This document shows, in pieces, positions 21,537 through 31,806 of a stretch of DNA of 64,000 nt. Position numbers and translations under genes: made by a program. The DNA comes from Candidatus Competibacteraceae bacterium (lineage in GTDB: Bacteria > Pseudomonadota > Gammaproteobacteria > Competibacterales > Competibacteraceae), in the NCBI GenBank assembly GCA_016713505.1, contig JADJPA010000001.1, positions 1,037,105 to 1,101,104 on the forward strand, in the 5' to 3' direction. Position 1 is the first letter of the stretch, and each line of letters starts with the position of its first letter. The notes beneath the pieces were generated by a model. It did no database searches. It was not told the origin of the DNA and was given only the letters and a program-made list of their open reading frames with translations.

Positions 21537-23111
21537 CTAGCGGCGCAAGTACCCGAGTTCTTTGGGCAAGGCGATATTGTTGCCGAAATGATCTTCGCCG
21601 TACCCCGATTCAGCCAGCAACGCCAGATCGCTCAGCACTCGCTTGTCACCGACGAAGGCGATGCTCAACTCGGTTTTGATATCGAGCTGGCCGGTCGCTT
21701 GCAGCTTGGCGATTTCCTTGGTCACCGTTTCGAGCAGTATTCCGTCCTTGCTGAATTCATCCGACAACTGGAGCGGTTGTTGGTAAATGACAATCTTGCT
21801 CTGTTCCGCCAGTTTGATGATGATATCGAGGATGGCGGCTCTGATTTGGGCGTCGCTCAGCTCGCCCGGGGGCAGGGACTGGCGGCCGATTTCCGCGACC
21901 AGCCAGCGCCGTTTCTGCGCGTTGATTTTTTCGTTGGCTCGGAAGATGTCCATCGGCGAACCCGCGTCGTAAGACTGGCCATCCAACTCCATGATAATCA
22001 AGCTGCCATAGTGTTGCACGATGCGCGCGATCAAGGTCGAGGGGCGCACGTGAAAGCCGCGATAAGAGGGGACCGGCGCTTCGATCCGGCCGATTTCGGC
22101 GTAGCGCCTGAGCATGGTGTGGCAAAAACACCGGCCGTAGGTCAGATAAAGCCCGGAGAACGCGATGGAGTAATTCATCAGCATGGCCAGCAGCGTGCCG
22201 GGCGCGATGACCGGCCGGCGCCGGAAGGCGGAATCGCCGGTTTGCTCGTTGAGGTGGCGTTCGTAGTAATGGACCAGATAAGTGGCTATTTCCAATAAGT
22301 GGAACACGATGCTGATGTGCCCCCGCAGGGTGGGCAGGTTCTGATCCAGGGATTCGATTTCGGTTTCCGAGACGTAGGTGTCATAAAGCGATTGGAGGCA
22401 GTGAAACCGGACTTTCAAATACCGCAGGTTGTCTTCGCTGATCGGGTCCGGGAAACAGGTCGCGTAATCTTTGGGCTCCACTTTTTCGGCGGTATTCAAA
22501 AGCTCGCTGTCCGCAGCCAGGTTCAAATAGGCAGTTGCAAGATAAGTAACTGTTTCAGAGGCGCTTTTTATTTTACGCATGGCGCGGTTATGCAATAAAC
22601 GCCCTTGCGGGAGCTGTTCGCGATAGCGTTCCGCTGGAAGTTCGGTGGCGGGGACGTCGATCCCCAGCCGGTCGGCTTGCACCAGCAGCCAAGTCGCCGC
22701 CCGCACCAGCACATCGTAGGTCAGTTCCAAGGATTGGAGGGTGGCGGCGGCAAAGTCCCGATCGACCGGTAACAGCCGGTAGGAAGGCAGACAGTGGTGG
22801 ATGTGCAACAGCTCGTAACTGACTTCCGCAAACAGCTTGATGGTGGCGACCAAGGAGCGAAACCGACACCACTGGCGGTTGTTGCGCGCGCCATAGATAT
22901 CCAGCAGTTCTTCGACCAGCAGGGATTGCGCCAGCAGATCGGCGACCAGCGGTCGGGTGAAAGCGCTGGCGCGCGGCTGCCGGGCTGACAAAAATCGAGC
23001 GATCGACAGTAAGTTGCCAGCCCGCTGTTCGAGTAGATCGATGAACTCGCCATCTTTGAGGATGACCGATTTTTTGGGGTGGGTGGAATCTGTATCCGCC
23101 GTTGATGTCAT
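21537..23111 (-). CDS. hypothetical protein with all-alpha N-terminal region and an embedded HPr-like phosphocarrier domain
   Basis: 524-aa ORF with coding-like composition and lower GC. Residues about 340-400 read IEAPVPSYRGFHVRPSTLIARIVQHYGSLIIMELDGQSYDAGSPMDIF, resembling the HPr His-15 region (GLHARPA...). A late SIAFVGDKRVLSDLALLAE block resembles the last HPr strand-helix. Confidence 0.65.
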   Translation of the reverse strand: MTSTADTDSTHPKKSVILKDGEFIDLLEQRAGNLLSIARFLSARQPRASAFTRPLVADLLAQSLLVEELLDIYGARNNRQWCRFRSLVATIKLFAEVSYELLHIHHCLPSYRLLPVDRDFAAATLQSLELTYDVLVRAATWLLVQADRLGIDVPATELPAERYREQLPQGRLLHNRAMRKIKSASETVTYLATAYLNLAADSELLNTAEKVEPKDYATCFPDPISEDNLRYLKVRFHCLQSLYDTYVSETEIESLDQNLPTLRGHISIVFHLLEIATYLVHYYERHLNEQTGDSAFRRRPVIAPGTLLAMLMNYSIAFSGLYLTYGRCFCHTMLRRYAEIGRIEAPVPSYRGFHVRPSTLIARIVQHYGSLIIMELDGQSYDAGSPMDIFRANEKINAQKRRWLVAEIGRQSLPPGELSDAQIRAAILDIIIKLAEQSKIVIYQQPLQLSDEFSKDGILLETVTKEIAKLQATGQLDIKTELSIAFVGDKRVLSDLALLAESGYGEDHFGNNIALPKELGYLRR

Positions 23112-23289
23112 GGCGGCAGCACCCCTAATCTTTCGATCCGGTTTTGTCGATACAGCCAGAGCGCACCACGCAAATCGAACTTACTCCGAATGAGTTTGGC
23201 GAAACGCAACGATAGCGCAGTTAGTGCGGGGCATCCAGACCGCCCGGTGGAATATCCGAGTAAATCTCGGTCGATCGCGATCTCTGGCT

Positions 23290-23303
23290 TTATTATATCA
23301 TCT
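23290..23303 (-). repeat. copy a of recurrent intergenic motif (minus strand reads AGATGATATAATAA); extended -10-like
   Basis: Read directly. GATGATATAATAA is identical to 60819..60831. Contains TGATATAAT (TGnTATAAT). Lies about 180 nt upstream of the minus-strand HPr-domain gene, so it is compatible with a promoter here. Confidence 0.7.
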
Positions 23304-23600
23304 TTTTATCGATGAAATTAGCGTTTTATCCTTGAAAAAGAACCGACTGCTGGCGCATCCGGCGGATGGGCCGATGAAGCGCAGCATAAGCCTATCATTT
23401 CCATATCGATAACGGAGTGCTAAACAAGGGAACGATTGACATACGCTCAAGATAGGCTTTACTTTCTGATGTCTGCTCCGGCAACCTCGGATGGCTCGGC
23501 GCGGAGCATCGATAGGCCATTCAGCACTGCGGTCCGGGAGCGACCGATCTGAACCCACCACGAACCGCATAACCACATCATCATAATGAGGAGTCACTAG

Positions 23601-24806
23601 ATGGCAAACAAAGAAGTCGTGATTGTTGGCGCCGCCCGGACGGCCATCGGCAAATTCATGGGCACCCTGAAAGACGTTCCGGCGCGCGAACTGGCGATCA
23701 CCGCCGCCAAGGCCGCGATCGAGCGGTCCGGCGTTCCAGCCGACCAGATCGACGAAATTTGCATGGGCCAGCTCTACGGCGGTATGCAAGGTTCTTTGCC
23801 GGCGCGGCAGGTGAGCATGCGGGTCGGGCTGCCCCATCGCAGCAGCGCTGTCTGCGTCAATCAAAACTGTACCTCCGGCATGCGCGCGCTGGAAATCGCG
23901 TGCCACAACATCATGCTCGGCCAGACCGAAATCGGGCTGGTGGTGGGCGTGGAGAGCATGACCAACGCCCCCTATCTGCTGCCCAAGGCCCGCATGGGGT
24001 ATCGGATGGGGCAGGGCAACATCGAAGACAGCATGATTCACGACGGTTTGTTCGATGAGCTGGTGCCGGGCCACATGGCGATGACGGCGGAGAACGTCGC
24101 GGTCAAGTACGGCATCACCCGGCAGGAATGCGACGAGCTGGCGCTGATCAGCCATAGCCGCTGCACCAAGTCGACCAAGGAAGGCGTCTTCAAGCGCGAA
24201 ATCGTGCCGGTCGAGATGAAATCCAAAAAAGGCTCGACCTTTTTTGAGGCCGACGAGAACTTCATCCCCGATGCCAGCATGGAAAAGATCTCCAAGCTGC
24301 CGACCGCCTTTAAGAAGGACGGCGTGGTGACGGCGGCCAACGCTTCCAGCATCAACGACGGCGCCAGCGCGGTGGTCATCATGTCTTCGGACAAGGCCAA
24401 GGCCCTGGGCCTCAAGCCGCTGCTGAAGCTGGTCAGCATCTGCAACGCTGGCATCGATCCGGTGGTGATGGGCCTGGGTCCGGCGGTGGCGATTCCCAAG
24501 GCGCTCAAGCAGGCGGGCATGAAGTTCGAAGACATCGACTATTGGGAAGTCAACGAAGCGTTTGCCGCCCAATGGCTCGGCGTCGGTCGGATGCTCAAGC
24601 AAGATCACGGCATGAACCTCACCACGGACAACTGCAACTTCAACGGTTCCGGCATCGCGCTGGGCCATCCGGTCGGTTCGACCGGGCTGCGGATCATAGT
24701 CAGCCTGTACTACGAACTAGAGCGTCAAGGCAAGACCACCGGCGGCGCTTCGCTGTGCGTCGGCACCGGCCCGGCCATGGCCTCGCTGTGGACCCGCAAT
24801 ATCTAA
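23601..24806 (+). CDS. acetyl-CoA C-acetyltransferase (thiolase II)
   Basis: 401 aa with a thiolase N-terminus (VVIVGAARTAIGKFMG), active-site Cys region (VNQNCTSGMRALE) and C-terminal GNCNFNGSGIALGHPVGSTG / CVGTGPAMA blocks. RBS GAGGAG upstream. Confidence 0.9.
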   Translation: MANKEVVIVGAARTAIGKFMGTLKDVPARELAITAAKAAIERSGVPADQIDEICMGQLYGGMQGSLPARQVSMRVGLPHRSSAVCVNQNCTSGMRALEIACHNIMLGQTEIGLVVGVESMTNAPYLLPKARMGYRMGQGNIEDSMIHDGLFDELVPGHMAMTAENVAVKYGITRQECDELALISHSRCTKSTKEGVFKREIVPVEMKSKKGSTFFEADENFIPDASMEKISKLPTAFKKDGVVTAANASSINDGASAVVIMSSDKAKALGLKPLLKLVSICNAGIDPVVMGLGPAVAIPKALKQAGMKFEDIDYWEVNEAFAAQWLGVGRMLKQDHGMNLTTDNCNFNGSGIALGHPVGSTGLRIIVSLYYELERQGKTTGGASLCVGTGPAMASLWTRNI

Positions 24807-24828
24807 GCGATCACCTTTGATCCTTCCC

Positions 24829-24850
24829 AAGGCGGCCTGCGGGCCGCCTT
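24829..24850 (+). terminator. hairpin after the thiolase gene (candidate terminator)
   Basis: AAGGCGGCC-TGCG-GGCCGCCTT, a 9-bp stem with a tetraloop, 23 nt after the stop. The T-run (TTTTT) only begins about 13 nt after the stem. Confidence 0.45.
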
Positions 24851-24865
24851 ACCGATGCGCCATTT

Positions 24866-24881
24866 TTATATCATCATCTTC
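24866..24881 (-). repeat. copy b of recurrent intergenic motif (minus strand reads GAAGATGATGATATAA)
   Basis: Exact reverse-complement 16-mer match to 61779..61794. Lies between thiolase (+) and serS (+), pointing back into the thiolase 3' end, so it is not placed like a normal promoter. Confidence 0.75.
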
Positions 24882-24914
24882 CAGCACAGCTCCCACAGTA
24901 AGATTCCGCTATAA

Positions 24915-26255
<1,341 letters not shown>

Positions 26256-26372
26256 ACCGTTCTGGAAAGGAAATCCGACCGGCGAAAAACTGGCTTCTCC
26301 AACCAAGAATGCTAGGATGGCGCGCAGCGCAAACGATGCCTTCCACTGTCAAGTCCGAGAACGAAAAAAATC

Positions 26373-27497
26373 ATGATTGTCATTCTGAATCCCAACGTCG
26401 AGGATCACTCCGAGGAATACCGGCTGACGCTCGACTATTTAGAGCGGTTGCCGGGGATTTCCGCGCGCGTCCACAAGGTGCAAGGCACCCAACAAGGACT
26501 GACGGAAATCTATCTGATCGGCGATACCAAAACGCTGTCCGCCGAGGACATCAGCGCCCTGCCGGGGGTGGAGCGAGTGGTGCGCATTTCGGAGGAGTAC
26601 CGCATCCTGGGCCGGCATCGGGACGAGCGGCGCGCCAGCGGTTTCGATTACAACGGCGTACCGTTCAGCCAGGACCATCTCAACGTGTTCGCCGGACTGT
26701 GCGCGGTGGATACCCCCGAGCATGTGGAATTGATGCTGAAAGCCTTGCGCGAGCACGGTCAGGTCTGCACCCGGATGGGCGCCTACAAGCCCCGCACCAA
26801 TCCCTATTCGTTCCAAGGCCACGGCAAAGCCTGTTTGCCTTATGTTTTCGAGCTGGCCGGCCAGTACGGCATCAAGGTCGTCGCCATGGAGATAACGCAC
26901 GAAAGCCATGTCGAGGAAATCCACGACTGTCTGGAAAAAACCGGCCAACCGACCGGCGTGATGCTGCAAATCGGAACTCGAAACACCCAAAATTTCGAGT
27001 TGTTGAAAGCGGTCGGCCGCCAGCAGGAATTTCCGGTGCTGCTCAAGCGCGGTTTTGGCATCACCCTGAACGAGTCGCTCAACGCCGCCGAGTATCTGGC
27101 CAGCGAAGGCAATTCCCGCGTGGTGTTCTGCTTGCGCGGGGTGAAGACCAACATGGGCGATCCGCACCGCAACCTGGTGGATTTTAGCCACGTGCCAGTG
27201 CTGAAGCGCTTGACCCGGATGCCGGTGTGCGTCGATCCGTCGCATTCGGTCGGCTCGCGGGAACGGGCGCCGGACGGCCTATATGACCTGATGCACGCCA
27301 CCGCTCAAGGGGTGGTGGCCGGCGCCAATATGGTATTGGTGGACTTTCATCCAGCACCGGCCAAGGCGCTGGTGGACGGTCCGCAAGCGATGCTGTTGAG
27401 CGAGCTGGGTTGGTTTCTGGATGACGTTGCGGCGGCGCGCGCCTGCTACGAAAAACGCCAACGACTAGCGGAACAGTACAACGCCGGCGCGACTTGA
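26373..27497 (+). CDS. 3-deoxy-7-phosphoheptulonate (DAHP) synthase, type I-beta with N-terminal regulatory domain
   Basis: 374 aa. An N-terminal ferredoxin-like/ACT-like extension of about 80 aa is followed by a KDO8PS-like I-beta core (AGLCAVDTPE, GAYKPRTNPYSFQG, LKRGF, DPSHS). Confidence 0.85.
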   Translation: MIVILNPNVEDHSEEYRLTLDYLERLPGISARVHKVQGTQQGLTEIYLIGDTKTLSAEDISALPGVERVVRISEEYRILGRHRDERRASGFDYNGVPFSQDHLNVFAGLCAVDTPEHVELMLKALREHGQVCTRMGAYKPRTNPYSFQGHGKACLPYVFELAGQYGIKVVAMEITHESHVEEIHDCLEKTGQPTGVMLQIGTRNTQNFELLKAVGRQQEFPVLLKRGFGITLNESLNAAEYLASEGNSRVVFCLRGVKTNMGDPHRNLVDFSHVPVLKRLTRMPVCVDPSHSVGSRERAPDGLYDLMHATAQGVVAGANMVLVDFHPAPAKALVDGPQAMLLSELGWFLDDVAAARACYEKRQRLAEQYNAGAT

Positions 27498-27519
27498 CGC
27501 TGCTTGGTGCTTCGGCTTC

Positions 27520-27533
27520 TTATACCATCATCT
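27520..27533 (-). repeat. copy c of recurrent intergenic motif (minus strand reads AGATGATGGTATAA)
   Basis: 13/14 identical to copies b and e. Sits in the 40-nt gap between convergent genes (DAHP synthase stop 27497, J-domain gene stop 27538), where no promoter is expected. Confidence 0.65.
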
Positions 27534-27537
27534 CATG

Positions 27538-28260
27538 TCAGCTTTTTTCCAGATCCGCCACCAACAAGTCCCGCGCCCGGTTCAAACACGCCGACAAATA
27601 GGCGCTGCCGCCTTGATCGGGATGCACGCGCTGGATGAGCCGGCGGTAGGCGCTTTGGATTTCATCGTGACCGGCGCCAGCGTGCAGGCCGAGAATTTGA
27701 TAGGCTTCGGCCCGTCCCATCGGGCCGGACCATTTTGCATCGGCGGTCTGATGAGGTTCGCCTTGGTCTTGCTCCAACCGATCGCGCCAGGCGGGGTCAG
27801 CGTGCCGGTCCAAATACGCCTCTAAAACCGCCAGCGATTGAGGATCGATCCGGCAGTCTCGCCAGAGCTCCAGAAGCGCGGGCATCGCTAAATCCCGCAA
27901 GTTGCGGCCCGCAAAACGGCCTTCCCGCACCGTGCCGGACATGACCCCGGTCGCATGATCGAGCGTCATGGATAAAAAGCGAGTATCGATCGCGGATCGA
28001 CCCTGACCGGCGGTAGGAGACGCGGCGGGGGGCAAAGGATGGGCCTTGAGCCAGCGCAACAAGAGCGGCGCGAGCGCGGCCAACAGAGGCAGGGCAATTT
28101 CTCCTCCCCCTCGCGCCACCAGCAGCAGCAGAAAACCGATCGCGCCAACCGCCGCCAGCAGTTGCGGCGCCCGCGCGCGCCACGGCGAACCACGAAGCCG
28201 ACGGAGCAAAAAATAGCCGCCCACCAGCAGGACGATGACCAGCAGCGCGCGCACCAGCAT
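27538..28260 (-). CDS. membrane-anchored J-domain (DnaJ-like) protein
   Basis: 240 aa with two N-terminal TM segments and a C-terminal J domain containing HPD (AYQILGLHAGAGHDEIQSAYRRLIQRVHPDQGG). 15 nt downstream of the VWA gene. Confidence 0.75.
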   Translation of the reverse strand: MLVRALLVIVLLVGGYFLLRRLRGSPWRARAPQLLAAVGAIGFLLLLVARGGGEIALPLLAALAPLLLRWLKAHPLPPAASPTAGQGRSAIDTRFLSMTLDHATGVMSGTVREGRFAGRNLRDLAMPALLELWRDCRIDPQSLAVLEAYLDRHADPAWRDRLEQDQGEPHQTADAKWSGPMGRAEAYQILGLHAGAGHDEIQSAYRRLIQRVHPDQGGSAYLSACLNRARDLLVADLEKS

Positions 28261-28275
28261 CGGTTCTTTCAGACC

Positions 28276-29019
28276 TTAAAGTTGCCGGATCAAGTGGCGG
28301 GCCAAGCCACCCTGTCGTTTGCCGAAATCCTCCAGCGCCCGGCGGCCGCCCGTTGCATAGATCGCCACGGCTCGAAGCAAGCTCCGCAACTGCTCGGCGC
28401 TGCCGGTGTCGAAAGCGCAGTAAGCGCCGCGGGTCAGCCGGGCGATTTCTCGAAAACCCCGCGCGGCGGTGGAGTCGTTGCCTTCCTGAAATACGAAAGC
28501 CGGCACGCCTAACAAACCTAACGGGCCGGCCTGATGGCAGACCCCATCAATGGCTTCTTCCAGGCAGTCGCCGACCAGCACCAAGGCATTCAACCGATTG
28601 TGGCGGGATTCGCGAACGGCATGTTCCAGCACCCGGCCAACCTGGGTCAGGCCACCCCGGCATTGCACGGCGGTCATGCGTTGGCGCAGCCGTGCCGAGT
28701 CAGTCAGCCAAGGTTCGGCCTGAAATTCGCCGTATCCTCGATACCAGACCAACTGTAAGGCCAATCCTCCCAATTCGCCCGCCACTTCGAACATTTCTCC
28801 CTGCAACTGGCACGCCCGATCCCAAGTCGGCTGGCGACTGGCGGTGGCATCCAGGGCAAAGATCAGCCGGCCGCGCGGGGCGGCATTCGCCGGGAGAGAG
28901 GCAGCCTGGCGCAGGAACTCGGCAACCTCGGTGGCATTCGATCTGACGGGCGGCTGCGATATCTTCATGGGTTTAGATCCTGGCGCTGCGCTTTGAGACT
29001 GCTTGCCCCGTTTTGACAA
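28276..29019 (-). CDS. von Willebrand factor A (VWA) domain protein
   Basis: 247 aa with a MIDAS-like LIFALDATAS (DxTxS) and a Rossmann-like alternation typical of VWA. 26 nt downstream of paaK-like, on the same strand. Confidence 0.65.
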   Translation of the reverse strand: MSKRGKQSQSAAPGSKPMKISQPPVRSNATEVAEFLRQAASLPANAAPRGRLIFALDATASRQPTWDRACQLQGEMFEVAGELGGLALQLVWYRGYGEFQAEPWLTDSARLRQRMTAVQCRGGLTQVGRVLEHAVRESRHNRLNALVLVGDCLEEAIDGVCHQAGPLGLLGVPAFVFQEGNDSTAARGFREIARLTRGAYCAFDTGSAEQLRSLLRAVAIYATGGRRALEDFGKRQGGLARHLIRQL

Positions 29020-29045
29020 CGCGCGCCGCCAGTCATCACCGGCTG

Positions 29046-30347
29046 TTATTTTTTGCGGCGGTCGATCACCCGCACGGCTTTCCCTTCCGAACGCGGCAGT
29101 TCGCCGGTGCGCTTGACGGCCACCTTGGCGGTCACACCGATGAAATCCTTGATGTCCTTCTGCGCCTTTTGCGCGACCCGCGCCATGGCGGCGTCACCTT
29201 GCGCGACCAGCGGAGGGCTACCCTCGACGTTCACGGTCAGCAAATCGAGATTGCCTTCGCGGCTGACTTCCAATTGATAGAAGGGAGCCAGCGTCTCGGT
29301 TTGCATGAGGATAGCCTCGACTTGAGAGGGAAAAACGTTGACGCCGCGAATGATCAACATATCGTCGGTGCGGCCAGTGACGCGCTTCATGCGAACGTGA
29401 GTGCGCCCGCAGCGACAGGGCGCGGGATCGAGCACCGACACGTCGCGCGTGCGATAGCGCAGCACCGGAAACGCTTCCTTGGTGAGCGAGGTGATGACGA
29501 TCTCGCCGGCCTCGCCGTAGGGGATCGGTTCGCCGGTGTCGACATCCACCGCCTCAATCAAGAAGTGATCCTCAAAGACATGCAGGCCGTTCTTGGCCTC
29601 AATGCATTCGGTGGCGACGCCGGGTCCGATGATTTCGGACAAACCGTAAATGTCCACCGCGTCGATGCCGAGGCGCGATTCCAATTCGTAGCGCATTTCC
29701 TCGGTCCAGGGTTCCGCGCCGAAGATCCCGACCTTGAGCGGCAGCTTGCGCAGATCGACGTTCATGTCGGCCGCCGCCTCGGCCAGGTTGAGCGCGTAGG
29801 ACGGCGTGCAGGATAATCCGGTCGGCTCGAAATCCTGAATCAGCATGATCTGGCGCTGGGTTTGCCCTCCGGAAATCGGGGTCACCATGACGCCCAATTC
29901 CTCCGCGCCGTAATGAAAGCCCAAACCGCCGGTGAACAAGCCATAGCCGTAGGCGTTGTGCAGGCGCTCGCCGGGATGCAGGCCGGCGGCGGCCAGACTG
30001 CGCGCCATCACCCGCGCCCAAGTGCGCACGTCGCGGCGGGTGTAGCCGACCACGGTGGGCTTGCCGGTGGTGCCGCTAGAGGCGTGGATGCGCACCACTT
30101 GATCGGTCGGCACGGCGAACATGCCGAACGGATAGTTTTCGCGCAGGTTTTCCTTTTTGGTGAAGGGCAGCAGGCGCACGTCGGCGACGGATTGAATGTG
30201 GCTCGGCCGGACGCCGAGTTCGTCCATGGCGTCCCGGTAGTATTTGACGGTCTGGTAGCAGCGCTCGACGGTGGCGCGCAGCCGGCGGACTTGTAATTCC
30301 CGCAACTCCTCGCGGGGCAGGGTTTCTTGTTCGGTGTCGAGAATCAT
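29046..30347 (-). CDS. phenylacetate--CoA ligase family protein (PaaK-like adenylate-forming enzyme)
   Basis: 433 aa. AMP-binding motif [11 protein letters not shown] and a PaaK-type N-terminus ([22 protein letters not shown]...[11 protein letters not shown]). Such genes are commonly linked to ior and liv genes. Confidence 0.85.
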   Translation of the reverse strand: MILDTEQETLPREELRELQVRRLRATVERCYQTVKYYRDAMDELGVRPSHIQSVADVRLLPFTKKENLRENYPFGMFAVPTDQVVRIHASSGTTGKPTVVGYTRRDVRTWARVMARSLAAAGLHPGERLHNAYGYGLFTGGLGFHYGAEELGVMVTPISGGQTQRQIMLIQDFEPTGLSCTPSYALNLAEAAADMNVDLRKLPLKVGIFGAEPWTEEMRYELESRLGIDAVDIYGLSEIIGPGVATECIEAKNGLHVFEDHFLIEAVDVDTGEPIPYGEAGEIVITSLTKEAFPVLRYRTRDVSVLDPAPCRCGRTHVRMKRVTGRTDDMLIIRGVNVFPSQVEAILMQTETLAPFYQLEVSREGNLDLLTVNVEGSPPLVAQGDAAMARVAQKAQKDIKDFIGVTAKVAVKRTGELPRSEGKAVRVIDRRKK

Positions 30348-30377
30348 GGCGCGGTCTCGGGGTGATAGGAAAAACTG

Positions 30378-31046
30378 TTAGGCTCCGGCGGACGGGGACG
30401 GCCAGGTTTCGGTCAGCAGGTCGTAGCCCAGGTCGCGCAAGCGCTGGTTCAAAAGGCGTGGGTCGGCGGCGCGGTAGCGCACCACCACGATCCGCAGGCC
30501 GGTTTGATCGGGATGCACCGGCGAAACCACGGTGGCGATGTAGCCGCCCGCATCGTTGATCGCGGTTAAAAACCGCCCCAGTTGGCCGATGGCGTCGGGC
30601 AAGTGCGCGGCGATGCGGGTGGTGCCTTCGGCGAGGCAACCGGTGATGTCGAGGAAAAAATCCAGCACATCCTCGTGCGTGAGGATGCCGACCAACCGAC
30701 CGCTCGGCTCGACCACCGGCAGGCAGCCGATTTTTTTCTCGCGCAGCACGCGCGCGGCTTCCTCGACCAAGGTGTCGGGCGCGCAGGTGACGACTTGGGC
30801 GCGCATGACCTTGGCGGCGGTCAGCTTGCCGAGCAGATAATTGGCTTCGCCGACCGAGAGGGTGGTCACCGGAGACGGCGCGACCCGTTCGAGGTCGTGG
30901 GAGGTGACCAAGCCGACCAAGCGGCCATCGCGCGCCACCGGCAGATGGCGGATGTGACGGTCGCGCATCAGCGCCGCCAGTTGGGTGACGCGCGCGTCCT
31001 CGGCGACTTGCAGCACGTCACGGCTCATGATCCGATCCACGTACAT
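30378..31046 (-). CDS. CBS-pair plus ACT domain protein (AcuB-like)
   Basis: Trimmed to ATG 31046 (MYVDRIMSRDVLQV...) preceded by GGAGA. Two CBS motifs (HIRHLPVARDGRLVGLVTSHDL; IGCLPVVEPSGRLVGILTHEDV) and a C-terminal ACT-like region. Confidence 0.75.
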   Translation of the reverse strand: MYVDRIMSRDVLQVAEDARVTQLAALMRDRHIRHLPVARDGRLVGLVTSHDLERVAPSPVTTLSVGEANYLLGKLTAAKVMRAQVVTCAPDTLVEEAARVLREKKIGCLPVVEPSGRLVGILTHEDVLDFFLDITGCLAEGTTRIAAHLPDAIGQLGRFLTAINDAGGYIATVVSPVHPDQTGLRIVVVRYRAADPRLLNQRLRDLGYDLLTETWPSPSAGA

Positions 31047-31059
31047 GGGGGTCTCCGTG

Positions 31060-31806
31060 TCAATAGCCCAGATAAGCCCGGCGCACGTCGTCATCGGCCA
31101 ACAGGTCCACCGCCGGGGCGGTCTTGGCGATGCGGCCGGTTTCGAGGATGTAGCCGCGCCCGGCGATGGCCAGGGCGGCGCGGGCGTTTTGTTCGACCAG
31201 CAAAATGGTGACGCCGCGTTGGTTCAGTTCGACGATCACGCGAAAGATTTCCTCGACCAACAAGGGGGCCAAGCCCATCGATGGTTCGTCCAAGAGCAGC
31301 AGGCGCGGCCGACCCAGCAGGGCGCGACCGATGGCGAGCATTTGCTGCTGGCCGCCGGACAAGGTACCCGCCGGTTGCCGGCGGCGTTCGGCGAGAATCG
31401 GAAACAAGGCGTAGACGCGCTCTTGTTCCTCGCGCAGCCAAGCCGGATCGCGGCGCTGGCGGTAGCCGCCGAGACGAAGGTTGTCCTCGACGGTGAGCGG
31501 GGCGAACACTTGGCGTCCTTCCAGCACCTGACACACGCCGGCGGTGACGATCCGATGCGGCGGCCAGCGGGTGATATCTCGGCCGTCAAACCGTATCCGT
31601 CCGGCGCTGGCGGGTTGCAAGCCGGACAAGGCGTGCAGCAGAGTGGTCTTGCCCGCGCCGTTGCCGCCGACGAGAGCGACCAACTCGCCCGCGCCGACGC
31701 ATAAATCTATCTGGTGGACGGCGCGCACCGGGCCGTAATGGCTGCTCAGTCCGATGACCTCCAGCAAAGAGCCGGCGGCGGGCGCGGCGGCCACTTCAGA
31801 CGGCAT
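31060..31806 (-). CDS. livF: branched-chain amino acid ABC transporter ATP-binding protein
   Basis: Walker A GGNGAGKTT, signature LSGGQQQML and Walker B LLLLDEPS. LivF-type length and position. Confidence 0.85.
   Translation of the reverse strand: MPSEVAAAPAAGSLLEVIGLSSHYGPVRAVHQIDLCVGAGELVALVGGNGAGKTTLLHALSGLQPASAGRIRFDGRDITRWPPHRIVTAGVCQVLEGRQVFAPLTVEDNLRLGGYRQRRDPAWLREEQERVYALFPILAERRRQPAGTLSGGQQQMLAIGRALLGRPRLLLLDEPSMGLAPLLVEEIFRVIVELNQRGVTILLVEQNARAALAIAGRGYILETGRIAKTAPAVDLLADDDVRRAYLGY

Noticed and set aside
23224-23412. 62-aa ORF in the thiolase/HPr-gene spacer, and small ORFs at 13395-13649 and 52442-52693.
   Set aside because: They have no RBS, no recognisable motif and non-coding-like composition. 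Each lies within regions better described as regulatory or remnant DNA.
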